From sequence record NC_021529.2: 64,000 bases of DNA, one strand, 5' to 3'. Both the position numbers and the translations under genes were made by a program. Shown here piece after piece: positions 1 through 9,311 of this stretch. How positions within the stretch are numbered: position 1 is the stretch's first letter; every line of letters begins with the position of its first letter. The notes under the pieces were generated by a model. That model ran no database searches and was not told the DNA's origin. It was given only the letters and a program-made list of their open reading frames with translations.

Positions 1-2
1 CG

Positions 3-275
3 TTCAATATCGCATCTTATGCACTATTAGTTCACATTCTTGCACAGTTAACTGGCTTGAAAGTAGGTGAATTGATTTTCTCTGGTGGTGATGTTCATCT
101 TTACGAAGATCACGTGATTCAAGTTCTACAGCAAATACGTCGTGAACCGCGTAAGCTGCCGCAAATTGAATTGCCTGAATTTGATACGTTGTCACAACTG
201 TTGACTAAACGTGCAAGTGATTTCGTAATTTACGACTACGACCCATACCCGGCACTGAAAGGTAAAATGTCATGA
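3..275 (+). CDS. td: Thymidylate synthase, C-terminal part (5' truncated by window edge)
   Basis: Frame from nt 3 reads FNIASYALLVHILAQLTGLKVGELIFSGGDVHLY...YDPYPALKGKMS, the ThyA C-terminal motifs. Confidence 0.95.
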   Translation, partial: FNIASYALLVHILAQLTGLKVGELIFSGGDVHLYEDHVIQVLQQIRREPRKLPQIELPEFDTLSQLLTKRASDFVIYDYDPYPALKGKMS

Positions 276-469
276 TCAGTAAAACAGATTATTTTGATTT
301 GAAAGTAGGTACGCCAATCATTGTGATTGAGCGTATTGACACTATTGACGGCGAGCTTCTAAAGCTCCCGTTTAGTAAAGTTGTTGCAGCAGACGATCCA
401 GAAATCGGATACGCACTAGCTGACGGCAAAATCCACTATCTTTTTGACTTTGAAATTGGGGAACGCTAA
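272..469 (+). CDS. Hypothetical protein
   Basis: ATGA overlap with td, operon packing. Confidence 0.6.
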   Translation: MISKTDYFDLKVGTPIIVIERIDTIDGELLKLPFSKVVAADDPEIGYALADGKIHYLFDFEIGER

Positions 470-759
470 TGGCACTGCATATTTACGTAGAAGTAGACAC
501 CAACGACGGTGATTACGTTGGTACGCTGACTGCTGCATCAAGTGAAGAAATCGAACGATTTGAAACGCTTGTACACAAGTCTGGCGATAGTCTAGCAAGC
601 TGGACAGAAGGCGAATGTCAAGAGCGCCCGAATTCAGAAGTATATCCTGAGTTCAGCGAAAATGACATTGAGTTCATTGCTGACAAAATGCCTTACTGTG
701 AATACGGGTTTCACACAGTTGAAGTAATTAAAATCGTGGACGTGTTGAATACATTATGA
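469..759 (+). CDS. Hypothetical protein
   Basis: TAATG overlap, operon packing. Confidence 0.65.
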   Translation: MALHIYVEVDTNDGDYVGTLTAASSEEIERFETLVHKSGDSLASWTEGECQERPNSEVYPEFSENDIEFIADKMPYCEYGFHTVEVIKIVDVLNTL

Positions 760-1079
760 TTAATGAAGTACTAGAAGTAAGTAAGCGCGTCGATAACGGT
801 CGTTGTGTTCGTGATGTATTGGCGAGCGCCGTTGAAGAGCAAGGCGAACTTGCAACTGAAGTTCGCATCAAGTACGGTACATCGTACAAAACTGCTGATG
901 TTGATGGTATCATCGGTGAAGCGGTAGACGGCATTTTGTGTCTACTCGACTTGATTTATGTCGATAATCCAGACGTAACAGAAGCTGAAATCATGCAAGT
1001 TGTTCGCACTAAGCTCGCCAAATGGGAGCGCAAAGAAAGCGAACATAAACTCAAACAAACTGAAGAAATGGTGAAATAA
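756..1079 (+). CDS. MazG-like NTP pyrophosphohydrolase
   Basis: EEQGELA...GEAVD matches the EExxE/ExxD metal-binding helices of the MazG/dUTPase-like fold. Confidence 0.65.
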   Translation: MINEVLEVSKRVDNGRCVRDVLASAVEEQGELATEVRIKYGTSYKTADVDGIIGEAVDGILCLLDLIYVDNPDVTEAEIMQVVRTKLAKWERKESEHKLKQTEEMVK

Positions 1080-1376
1080 ATGACACAACGTTACTCTTTT
1101 GAAGAAATTCTTGGTGAAGACTACGAAGAAAAAGATTACCTTGACTTTCTATTGGACGGTTATGGTGATTATGGCGACGCGAAATTAGTAGACCAAGACG
1201 GTGGTGGCGAAGGCGGCTCAGAATACTGTTACTCAATTATTGAGAAAGCCGGTCGATTCTTCAAGACTGAATACAGCTACTACAGCTACCATGGTTACGA
1301 CAACTACGGTGATCACTTCGTTGAAGTTTACCCAAAGAAAGTTACAATCACGCAGTACGTGAGCACTCCTCAGTAA
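1080..1376 (+). CDS. Hypothetical protein (Tyr/Gly/acid-rich)
   Basis: Operon packing; QDGGGEGGSEYCYSI motif. Confidence 0.65.
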   Translation: MTQRYSFEEILGEDYEEKDYLDFLLDGYGDYGDAKLVDQDGGGEGGSEYCYSIIEKAGRFFKTEYSYYSYHGYDNYGDHFVEVYPKKVTITQYVSTPQ

Positions 1377-2137
1377 TGCGTATTGTTGTCGGGTCAACTG
1401 CGTTGCATCATAATGGTATTCGACTGCGTAAGACCATTAAAGATCTAGATGTATTCGTAGACTCTCCCGACTCGGCTAACGACGGGGATGATTTCATTGT
1501 CATTCCCGTCGAAATCTTGCAGATGTTCGACGGTGAGATAGCAACTGCTGACGAAGTTTACACGATTAAGTGCAGTCATCTTGGATGGGATGAGCATAAA
1601 GTCGGGTATAGTCAGTTTGGTGGGTCAACATTGTGGGACAAGCATAAGCGTGATGTTATCGCGCTATCACGATTCTGCAAGATTAAGCCTGAGCTATACG
1701 CAGCGTTGACCAATCACTGGCGAAGTGAACTTGGAAATAAAGATTATCTGTCATTGAACAAAGATGCAGATGATTTCTTTAATGACAAGGTTCGATACGT
1801 GTACGACCACGATGAACTACATCGAATGGTTGCTGCGCCAAATCGCCCGTTGTATGAGAAAATTCTCAAAGACGAATGTGATGTATTAGTCAGTAAAGAA
1901 AAGTTCGAACAGTTGTCATTCGAAGACAAAATCAATTTGTTTCACGAAGAAATTACAGTTATTGCCATTGAGCGTTACATCGTTCATGGTATGATGCCGT
2001 TGAATGCGTGGAATCATGCGTTGAAGAAGACAATTACGAGACTTACCAAGAACTGGGCATGTGATTTCATTTGTGCAAACATGAGTCATTACATAAAGCC
2101 GAAATACAATTTGAATATTTTAGAAGAAAAGGGTTGA
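1376..2137 (+). CDS. Putative Pol-beta-type nucleotidyltransferase-fold protein
   Basis: N-terminal VVGSTAL...KDLDVF (GS plus DxD); later YDHDELH motif. Confidence 0.5.
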   Translation: MRIVVGSTALHHNGIRLRKTIKDLDVFVDSPDSANDGDDFIVIPVEILQMFDGEIATADEVYTIKCSHLGWDEHKVGYSQFGGSTLWDKHKRDVIALSRFCKIKPELYAALTNHWRSELGNKDYLSLNKDADDFFNDKVRYVYDHDELHRMVAAPNRPLYEKILKDECDVLVSKEKFEQLSFEDKINLFHEEITVIAIERYIVHGMMPLNAWNHALKKTITRLTKNWACDFICANMSHYIKPKYNLNILEEKG

Positions 2138-2207
2138 CAGATGTCAGCCCTTTTTTGTATTATAGCTTTATCGAAACGACATCGACTAACAAAGAGAGAA
2201 CATTATG
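2126..2207 (+). promoter_or_regulatory. Terminator/early promoter/RBS cassette, copy 1
   Basis: GGGTTGAC-AGAT-GTCAGCCC-T6 hairpin containing TTGACA; TATTAT 18 bp downstream; 38-nt leader identical to 21355-21392 and 50911-50948. Confidence 0.85.
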
Positions 2208-2534
2208 AATGACTTAACTAAATTCGACATCAGATTTTCTGAAATCAAAGTTGTTTACTCTATCGGTGCAGAACACCAAAAAGTAGCAATGCGTATTGAA
2301 GATGGTACAATTATGTTGCATGAAGTTTTGTTCATTGATGCGAAAGGTTCATATTGTGAAACTCGTAAACTTTGGAGCACTAAAGTTGAAAAGAAATGTG
2401 CATGGCCAGGTTACGAATCAGCTCAATTAGTTGATAAAATCAAAGCAGCAGGTAAAGTGTCACTTCGTCACTGGCGTGCTGCATCTGAAGCAGATTACGA
2501 ACTATTTCGTTTAACAGAAGCATTCGAGGGTTAA
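2205..2534 (+). CDS. Hypothetical early protein
   Basis: First ORF after the promoter cassette, GAGAG RBS. Confidence 0.75.
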   Translation: MNDLTKFDIRFSEIKVVYSIGAEHQKVAMRIEDGTIMLHEVLFIDAKGSYCETRKLWSTKVEKKCAWPGYESAQLVDKIKAAGKVSLRHWRAASEADYELFRLTEAFEG

Positions 2535-2536
2535 TC

Positions 2537-2941
2537 ATGACTGATATTTACGAAATGTGGGAAAAGAAAATCGAACGTCTTGGCGAAATGCACAAGAAAA
2601 TCTATGACATGGGTCAGCTTGCTGCTGGTGACGAAGGCAAGTATATTTTCAAAACTGAAATGAAGCGTGAGCATCTATCACGCGAGATTTCGCATGATAT
2701 TGACCACAAAGGCATAGACTTGCACCATCTTATGTACAAAGGGTTGTACGAGACGGCACGCGAATATCAAGGTGCAATCATGATTTTCTGCAAAGAAATG
2801 CCGTTGAAACAGCGCCGAGAACTTTTCGACAAGATTCGCGCCGTGTTTAACATTGATGCTTATACAGACGAAGCATGGGAAAAGGTACTCAAGCAGTTCA
2901 AAGGTTCATTGGTAGACCAGGGATTCATGTCAGGAGAATAA
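2537..2941 (+). CDS. Hypothetical protein
   Basis: Operon packing. Confidence 0.7.
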   Translation: MTDIYEMWEKKIERLGEMHKKIYDMGQLAAGDEGKYIFKTEMKREHLSREISHDIDHKGIDLHHLMYKGLYETAREYQGAIMIFCKEMPLKQRRELFDKIRAVFNIDAYTDEAWEKVLKQFKGSLVDQGFMSGE

Positions 2942-2943
2942 TT

Positions 2944-3651
2944 ATGAGCAGTTATAGTGTAAAGAAAGAAGAGTGTCAGAAACGTGGTATCGCGTTCAAT
3001 TTCACTGAAGAGCAATGGAAAACATTACAAAACATGAAAAATGGTGGTCGTTGTGCATACACGAATCATCCATTCAAGTCAGGCTGTGTGAAAATGCGTG
3101 CGACTGTTGAGAGAATCGACGAGTCAATGCCATATGAACCGACGAACTGTGTTCTTGTGACTCAACTTGCGAACAATGTAAAGTGCAAATACATCGAGCA
3201 GAATCAGCCAATCAGCAGTGCCACACCAGAACAAGCGCACACACTGAAAACGATTAAGAAATTTCTTTCTGACAGCAAGCGTGTCAAGAGAGTCGTTCAA
3301 TCATATGTTGACAAGTACAAAGGGTTGGTTATTGAAACACCAACGAGTGATTTAGACATCACTAAACTATACGTGAAATATGCGACTGAAGCACAGCGCA
3401 AAGGTAAGCACTTTGAAATCACGATAGGTGACTTCAAACGCACTGTATCGCGTAAACAGTGTCAAGTCAGTAAAGTACTACTGCCTAGCATCAAACAGCG
3501 CGTAGTGCGCGTTATAGACGATTCTAAGCCTATTACACGTGACAACATTCAAGTAACGTCGCAGCAAATCGACGAGATCATGACTTCTATTGAAGAATTA
3601 GACATGACACCAGCGCAGAAACGCGCATTGATGAAAAACTTGGGGGCATAA
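2944..3651 (+). CDS. HNH/EndoVII-like protein with a degenerate internal duplication
   Basis: CAYTNHPF...ATVERIDESMPYEPTNCVLV; second copy CQVSKVLL...VRVIDDSKPITRDNIQV; start moved to ATG 2944 behind GGAG. Confidence 0.5.
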   Translation: MSSYSVKKEECQKRGIAFNFTEEQWKTLQNMKNGGRCAYTNHPFKSGCVKMRATVERIDESMPYEPTNCVLVTQLANNVKCKYIEQNQPISSATPEQAHTLKTIKKFLSDSKRVKRVVQSYVDKYKGLVIETPTSDLDITKLYVKYATEAQRKGKHFEITIGDFKRTVSRKQCQVSKVLLPSIKQRVVRVIDDSKPITRDNIQVTSQQIDEIMTSIEELDMTPAQKRALMKNLGA

Positions 3652-3652
3652 T

Positions 3653-3907
3653 ATGGCTAAATTAGTAGAAGTTTACTCAACACCTGCAAAGAAAGTTAAT
3701 ATCGCTGGCGTCGAGCTAGTGGTAGAGAATCGATTCAATTACGTGACTATCGATCAATCAGGCACTGTATGGGCTTATGAAGATTCCCCTAGTCTTTGCA
3801 ACGATGGTGATGGTGCGTATTGGGATGTTTGGTCTGGTGAGTCTGATGGTATTGCGCAATTCAGTGATGTGACTGAAGAAGAGTTCACTAAGTTATACGA
3901 GGTGTAA
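3653..3907 (+). CDS. Hypothetical protein, paralogue of 3909-4169
   Basis: GVELVVENRFNYVTIDQSGTVWAYEDSP resembles the next ORF. Confidence 0.7.
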   Translation: MAKLVEVYSTPAKKVNIAGVELVVENRFNYVTIDQSGTVWAYEDSPSLCNDGDGAYWDVWSGESDGIAQFSDVTEEEFTKLYEV

Positions 3908-3908
3908 T

Positions 3909-4169
3909 GTGAGTAAATTATTAACAATGTACAAGGGTTGCATGACAGTTGTGATGGTTAGTGGTGTTCCATTAGTCGTCGATCATGAAACTGAATACGT
4001 AACTGTAGACCGAAACGGTTATGTCACTGGGTGGACTGATCGACCATACTTCGACGAAGAAGAGCAGACGTGGTCGTGTTTTGAGCTTTACGGTGAAGAG
4101 TGGCATTTAGCAACAATCTCAAATCCAACAAAAGAAGCAGTCGAAACGTTAATCGAGGTGTATCCATGA
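3909..4169 (+). CDS. Hypothetical protein, paralogue of 3653-3907
   Basis: GVPLVVDHETEYVTVDRNGYVTGWTDRP. Confidence 0.7.
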   Translation: MSKLLTMYKGCMTVVMVSGVPLVVDHETEYVTVDRNGYVTGWTDRPYFDEEEQTWSCFELYGEEWHLATISNPTKEAVETLIEVYP

Positions 4170-4534
4170 ATGACATCATGCAAGAGCTTGCTAGAGAATA
4201 TCGCAAATCTGATAAGCATAAGAAAGATCTACACTGTGACATCTTTCTAATCCCTTGTGACAAAGATGGTGACATTGAATCGAAATACATCAAAGAAACA
4301 CTGCTTGGGGTGTATGACGAAATCAAACGTTTCACGGGTCTTAGTCACGATGAAGTCAAAGAATGGTTTAAAGAACAGCCGTGCGATACGTGGTTTGGTA
4401 AGAAAATCACACATGAAGAAAAAGTTTATCTTTCGTTTTACGTGCGATACGATATACCTAAGAGTATGTTAAAGACATACGACATGAACAATTGGACTCA
4501 GGGTCCCTCATTCAAAAATAAGGAAGTAACTTGA
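4166..4534 (+). CDS. Hypothetical protein
   Basis: ATGA overlap start at 4166, GAGG RBS. Confidence 0.65.
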   Translation: MNDIMQELAREYRKSDKHKKDLHCDIFLIPCDKDGDIESKYIKETLLGVYDEIKRFTGLSHDEVKEWFKEQPCDTWFGKKITHEEKVYLSFYVRYDIPKSMLKTYDMNNWTQGPSFKNKEVT

Positions 4535-5292
4535 GAATTTTCATTTTTAGCGGTGCTGGTCTTGATGCAGAATCAGGTATCAGCACGTTTCGTGATGCAA
4601 ATGGTTTGTGGGAAAATCACGACATTATGCAAGTGTGTAATATCAACACATTCCGTGATAACTACGAACTGACTCACAAGTTTTACAATCAGCGCCGTAA
4701 GCAATTAGCAGATGTACACCCGAATTCAGCGCACTTCAAAATCGCTGAGCTTTGCGAGAAGTACGACGTTGATAACTACACTGCAAACGTCTCTGACTTA
4801 CTAGAGCGTGCGGGTTGTAAAGACGTGAAGCACATTCACGGTGAACTGACTAAAATCGAGTTGGATTACGCTGACCGAGACGGTGTGACGATTGATATTG
4901 GTTATACTGAGCACAAGCTACGTGACCATCATTACGACAAACCAGCAGTTGTGTTCTTCAATGAAGGCGCACCGATGTATACTGAATTCTGGGGTGCAAT
5001 TGACACTTTATTGCCAAGTGATATCGCGATTGTTGTTGGTTCGACGCTTGAGATCAACCCAATTCACTGGGATTTAGGTACGACTGGTTGTAAATTTATC
5101 TTAATCAACCCGACTGGTATTGATACTGAAAAACATTCTGCGTTGAACGAAGCAATTCGCATGTGTGACGTATTCATCAACAAGCCAGCAACTGAGGCGT
5201 TCGATGAAATTGATAAGCACATTGAAGAACATATTTCTGTTCATTTTCCACATGGTCTCCCTGATCGCGGGAGCAATCGGGATAATTGTTAG
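4531..5292 (+). CDS. Sir2/CobB-family NAD-dependent deacylase
   Basis: FSGAGLDAESGISTFRDANGLW, HIHGEL, KPAVVFF, VGSTLEINP sirtuin motifs. Confidence 0.93.
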   Translation: MRIFIFSGAGLDAESGISTFRDANGLWENHDIMQVCNINTFRDNYELTHKFYNQRRKQLADVHPNSAHFKIAELCEKYDVDNYTANVSDLLERAGCKDVKHIHGELTKIELDYADRDGVTIDIGYTEHKLRDHHYDKPAVVFFNEGAPMYTEFWGAIDTLLPSDIAIVVGSTLEINPIHWDLGTTGCKFILINPTGIDTEKHSALNEAIRMCDVFINKPATEAFDEIDKHIEEHISVHFPHGLPDRGSNRDNC

Positions 5293-5426
5293 TGGTAGTG
5301 GCGCTGTTGCAGCTTTTGTAGCAGCGTTTTTACTCATTCTAGATAAGTTGTATATTTTAGCAGTATGCGCGTCTATACTAGGTGCATTGCTGACGTACTG
5401 CTATATTAAATTGAGTGAGGAACAAA

Positions 5427-7220
5427 ATGTCTAAGCAAGACGCATTTCAAATTTTATCAGACAAACAACACGTGCTTAAACGTCCCGGTATGTATATCGG
5501 ATCGGTTGACAGAGAAGCACATGACAGATTTGTATTAGGCGAATACAAGCAAATCGAATACGTCCCAGGTCTTGTTAAGATCATCAACGAAGTTATTGAC
5601 AACTCATTAGATGAAGCGATTCGTACGAAATTCAAATTCGCAAACATCATCGAAGTTAAGATCGAAGGCAATAGAATCACTGTCAGCGATAACGGTCGAG
5701 GTATTCCACAAGACACAGTAATCGATCCACAAGGCAATGAACTTCTTAGACCAGAAGCTGCATGGACTCGAACTAAAGCAGGTAGTAACTTCGAAGACGA
5801 CAGAACAACAGTCGGTATGAACGGTGTTGGTGCTGCGTTGACAAACTACTTCAGTCATCAATTCATTGGTAAAACGTGTGACAGCAAAAACACAGTGACA
5901 GTAAGTTGTTCGAACAACGCTGATCGTATTTTTGTTCGTACGATGAAAGGTGGTACGCAAGGCACATCAGTTGAGTTCATTCCTGATTTCAATCGATTTG
6001 GTGTATTTGGTATTTCACCACAAGACGAAGAGATAATCAAAGATCGACTTGCGTCATTATCTGTTGCATTCCCTGAGATCACATTCAAGTACAACGGGAA
6101 GAAGCACGCTCCAACATTGAAGCAATACGCAAAAATGTTCGGTACTGATGTTGCATTTGAATTTGATGACGTTGCGATTTTTATTGCAGCATCTGACGAG
6201 TTCAGACACAACAGCTTTATCAACGGTGTGAATACGAAGAACGGTGGTACTCACGTTGATTACTTTTCAAATAAGTTAGCTGATGAGCTAATCCCGATGA
6301 TCAAGCGTAAGCACAAAATCACAGTGCCTAAGCCACAGTTGAAAAACGGCTTGACAATTGGGTTGTTTATTCGTAACTTTGTAGATCCTAAGTTCGACAG
6401 TCAGACGAAAGAGCGTCTAACAAGTTCGCAAGGTGAAGTTTCACCATACTTGAAAGACATCGATTACGATAAGATTGCTAAGAAGATTCTAGCAGATGAT
6501 GATATCATCATGCCGATCATCGAAGCATTGCTTGCAAAGCAACAAGCAGCAGAAGCACGCGAGTTAGCACGTAAGCAAAAGAAAGCTCAAACTGCTAAAG
6601 TTGCAGATCATATCAAAGCGTCGATGCCTGGCGGAACATTGTTCTTGACTGAAGGTAAGTCAGCGATTGGTTATTTGATCAAAGTACGTGACAGTAAGAA
6701 ACATGGTGGTATTCCTCTACGTGGTAAAGTACTGAGCACTTGGGGCAAGCGTCCCGCTGAGATTATGAAGAACAAAGAGCTGAGTGATATCATGTCTGTA
6801 TTGGGTCTTCAGCTTGGCAATGACGACATTCGAGATATGTACTATCATGATATTGGCATTTTAGTAGATGCTGATGTTGATGGTAAAGGTTCGATTTTCC
6901 CATTGTTGCTTGCGTTTTTCTACAATTGGCCAGAGCTATATAAACAGAAGCGAATCAAATTTGTACGCACACCTGTTGTAATCGCCGCGAATAAGAAAGA
7001 CACTAAGTGGTTCTACTCTCTTGAAGAGTATCGCAAAGCGAAGTTGGGAAGTACATGGAAGATTCGATACATCAAGGGTCTGGGTTCTCTCACTGAGAAA
7101 GAATACAAGCGAGTTATCAACGAGCCAGTATTTGACGAAATTGTAATTGACGATCCAGATTTGTTTGAATTGTTGTTCGGTGATGATGCCGACAGACGTA
7201 AGGATTGGATGACCCAATGA
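5427..7220 (+). CDS. 39: DNA topoisomerase II large subunit (gp39 fused with gp60 region)
   Basis: HVLKRPGMYIGS, GHKL motifs (EVIDNSLDE, DNGRGIP, GMNGVGA), TOPRIM LTEGKSA and DADVDG, RYIKGLGSL. Confidence 0.97.
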   Translation: MSKQDAFQILSDKQHVLKRPGMYIGSVDREAHDRFVLGEYKQIEYVPGLVKIINEVIDNSLDEAIRTKFKFANIIEVKIEGNRITVSDNGRGIPQDTVIDPQGNELLRPEAAWTRTKAGSNFEDDRTTVGMNGVGAALTNYFSHQFIGKTCDSKNTVTVSCSNNADRIFVRTMKGGTQGTSVEFIPDFNRFGVFGISPQDEEIIKDRLASLSVAFPEITFKYNGKKHAPTLKQYAKMFGTDVAFEFDDVAIFIAASDEFRHNSFINGVNTKNGGTHVDYFSNKLADELIPMIKRKHKITVPKPQLKNGLTIGLFIRNFVDPKFDSQTKERLTSSQGEVSPYLKDIDYDKIAKKILADDDIIMPIIEALLAKQQAAEARELARKQKKAQTAKVADHIKASMPGGTLFLTEGKSAIGYLIKVRDSKKHGGIPLRGKVLSTWGKRPAEIMKNKELSDIMSVLGLQLGNDDIRDMYYHDIGILVDADVDGKGSIFPLLLAFFYNWPELYKQKRIKFVRTPVVIAANKKDTKWFYSLEEYRKAKLGSTWKIRYIKGLGSLTEKEYKRVINEPVFDEIVIDDPDLFELLFGDDADRRKDWMTQ

Positions 7221-7447
7221 TTACAGCAAAAGAAGCACGAGCACGCAGGAAGTCCCTTCCTGCTGCTGTTCAAAGCGCACTAGATGACTTGAATTTAGCG
7301 ATTCAAGTCGCTTCTTCTAGTAAGAATAGTGTAATGTACAAAACTGACAAACTGACATCGAATGAACGAGACTTGTTGAGAAATAAACTCATTAGTCTTG
7401 GTTATGATGCATTTATCGTCGGTGAGAAACTAGAGGTTGTGTGGTGA
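7217..7447 (+). CDS. Hypothetical protein, member of local paralogue family
   Basis: MITAKEARAR...LISLGYDAFIVGEKLEVVW similar to 8335-8595. Confidence 0.7.
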   Translation: MITAKEARARRKSLPAAVQSALDDLNLAIQVASSSKNSVMYKTDKLTSNERDLLRNKLISLGYDAFIVGEKLEVVW

Positions 7448-7662
7448 TGAGCAATTTTGTAAGAACAACAGAAGACATGTGTCGCGACTTTCGCGCTGAG
7501 TTAAATCAAGCTGCGTGTTCAAGTTCTGACTACTATCTCGTTCAGTTATATGCTGCATTTTTAACATTTGGATTTGCATGTCAAATCGCGATATTCATTG
7601 CATTTTATGTTGCTTTTTGCATACCAACAACTGCATTGGCTCGCTTGTTTGGGATTAAATAA
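7441..7662 (+). CDS. Hypothetical membrane protein
   Basis: Hydrophobic C-terminal half. Confidence 0.55.
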   Translation: MVMSNFVRTTEDMCRDFRAELNQAACSSSDYYLVQLYAAFLTFGFACQIAIFIAFYVAFCIPTTALARLFGIK

Positions 7663-7671
7663 CAGACGGAG

Positions 7672-7941
7672 GTGGCAATTATGCTAAAGTCTTTTATTGA
7701 ACTAAACGAAATGACATACCAAGAGTTGCGTGATCTCACGATCAATGAGATTCACGCACTTGTTAAGAAGCTGAAGCGACAGCTTCCTAAAGAGTACAAA
7801 GACATTATCGATCTACTTGAACCAGACATGTACGAAGATCTGATTGCAGAAATCGCATATGATGGTGGGTTGAAAGGTAAGAAATTTACAAATTTGAAGA
7901 TCCCGAAGCGAATCTTAGATAGGTACGCCGACTACTTTTGA
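7672..7941 (+). CDS. Hypothetical protein
   Basis: GGAGG RBS, operon packing. Confidence 0.65.
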   Translation: MAIMLKSFIELNEMTYQELRDLTINEIHALVKKLKRQLPKEYKDIIDLLEPDMYEDLIAEIAYDGGLKGKKFTNLKIPKRILDRYADYF

Positions 7942-7951
7942 GAGAAATATT

Positions 7952-8338
7952 ATGTTTGACGCTGCTAGTGTTCGTGGTAATTATCACAGGAAGCAAAGTC
8001 CAGAACATCAAAAAGACATCAACGAACTGCAAGATTTTTTGTTTAACACGTTGATGACTATTGATAAGATATCTAAAACAGAGCTTGAATCTAATTTCGG
8101 TGTTCCTGCGAAATTTTATGAAATAGTTGTTGACGAGTTAGAGAATTTAGGTTATCATGTTAGAGCAGTGCAAGATACGTATCATTTAGATAACATGCTT
8201 GACTTGCGAAAACCATCAAAATTCGAATACATCACGTACAAATCACACGAAGACGCAGTAAGACACGTCAATAGTGTTCTTCGTGCGGGTGACAATACTC
8301 GAATGATACTAACACGAATATCTTGGAGACGAGCATGA
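7952..8338 (+). CDS. Hypothetical protein, distant member of local paralogue family
   Basis: MFDAASVR...ELENLGYHV...RISW. Confidence 0.65.
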   Translation: MFDAASVRGNYHRKQSPEHQKDINELQDFLFNTLMTIDKISKTELESNFGVPAKFYEIVVDELENLGYHVRAVQDTYHLDNMLDLRKPSKFEYITYKSHEDAVRHVNSVLRAGDNTRMILTRISWRRA

Positions 8339-8595
8339 TTACAGCGGAAAAAGCAAGAGCGAGAGCAATTCGCAACATGAAGTTGCAATTCGATACTGAA
8401 GATCTCGAACACGTCGAAGACAAAATTTACGAAGCTGTTGATGAGTGTCGTTTCGCAATAAACGTCAAAATGGCTGATGAAATGCCGAACACAGCGAGTC
8501 ACAAGCAAAAACGTCTTCTAATCGAGTATCTACGACTAAATGGCTACAATGCGTTTTATGTCGCTGACATTTTGGAGATTCGATGGCAGATCTAA
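8335..8595 (+). CDS. Hypothetical protein, paralogue of 7217-7447
   Basis: MITAEKARAR...LRLNGYNAFYVADILEIRW. Confidence 0.7.
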   Translation: MITAEKARARAIRNMKLQFDTEDLEHVEDKIYEAVDECRFAINVKMADEMPNTASHKQKRLLIEYLRLNGYNAFYVADILEIRWQI

Positions 8596-9311
8596 AAGTT
8601 TATTACTGTAGTGACATTCACAACGATTATCACGAAACAAACGCGCTAGAAACGCTTGTGGGCGACAAAACTGCTGTACTAGTAGTAGCAGGTGACATTA
8701 ACAGCAAAGGGCGCACTGTGCGCGATTTAGAAGCTGTTGCTGATCGCTGGCGTGCTATTATAGCAGTGCCTGGTAACCACGACTGGTGGGGTCTTGCTAT
8801 TCACGAGACTCACAAGTTCGAAACTACGCTTGACAATGTGCATGTGCTAATGGAAGACACTGTTGTTATTGACGACGTGACATTCTGTGGTACTACACTG
8901 TGGCATGAAATCAACGACTGGTTTGAAGGTCAGCGTTGGAAAGAGACAATGAACGACCGTAAAAAGATTCGCGGGCCTCAGTGGCGCGGATTATATGGCG
9001 AAGACGTTCATGCAATGCATAAACAAGCTGTGAAGTTCATTGAGAAATGTCGCGATATTGAAGGCAAGAAAGTCTTGATCACTCATCACGCACCGTCACG
9101 TCAAAGCATTTCGTCGTATTATCTTTATTCACCGACGAATAGTTTTTATTGCACTGACCTCGAACACTTGCTAGAGGGTTTTGATTTTGCAATTCATGGT
9201 CATGTTCATCAAGAATTTGACTATCACGTAAATGGCTGTAATGTAGTGTGTAACCCACATGCATACGGCTCAGAAAACCCAGAATATGGGATTAGGATTT
9301 TTGACATATGA
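8583..9311 (+). CDS. Calcineurin-like metallophosphoesterase
   Basis: SDIH, AGD, PGNHD, ITHHAP, HGHVH motifs. Confidence 0.92.
   Translation: MADLKVYYCSDIHNDYHETNALETLVGDKTAVLVVAGDINSKGRTVRDLEAVADRWRAIIAVPGNHDWWGLAIHETHKFETTLDNVHVLMEDTVVIDDVTFCGTTLWHEINDWFEGQRWKETMNDRKKIRGPQWRGLYGEDVHAMHKQAVKFIEKCRDIEGKKVLITHHAPSRQSISSYYLYSPTNSFYCTDLEHLLEGFDFAIHGHVHQEFDYHVNGCNVVCNPHAYGSENPEYGIRIFDI

Noticed and set aside
5165-5434. Membrane ORF overlapping the 3' end of the Sir2 gene
   Set aside because: May be real from a later start, but start and RBS could not be fixed, so it was not listed
5427-7220. T4 gene 60-type translational bypass or split topoisomerase
   Set aside because: The gp39 and gp60 regions are one continuous ORF
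5447-7273. Antisense ORFs within gene 39, and similar ones inside genes 30, alt, 43 and rnlB
   Set aside because: Fully overlap well-supported genes and have no independent signals
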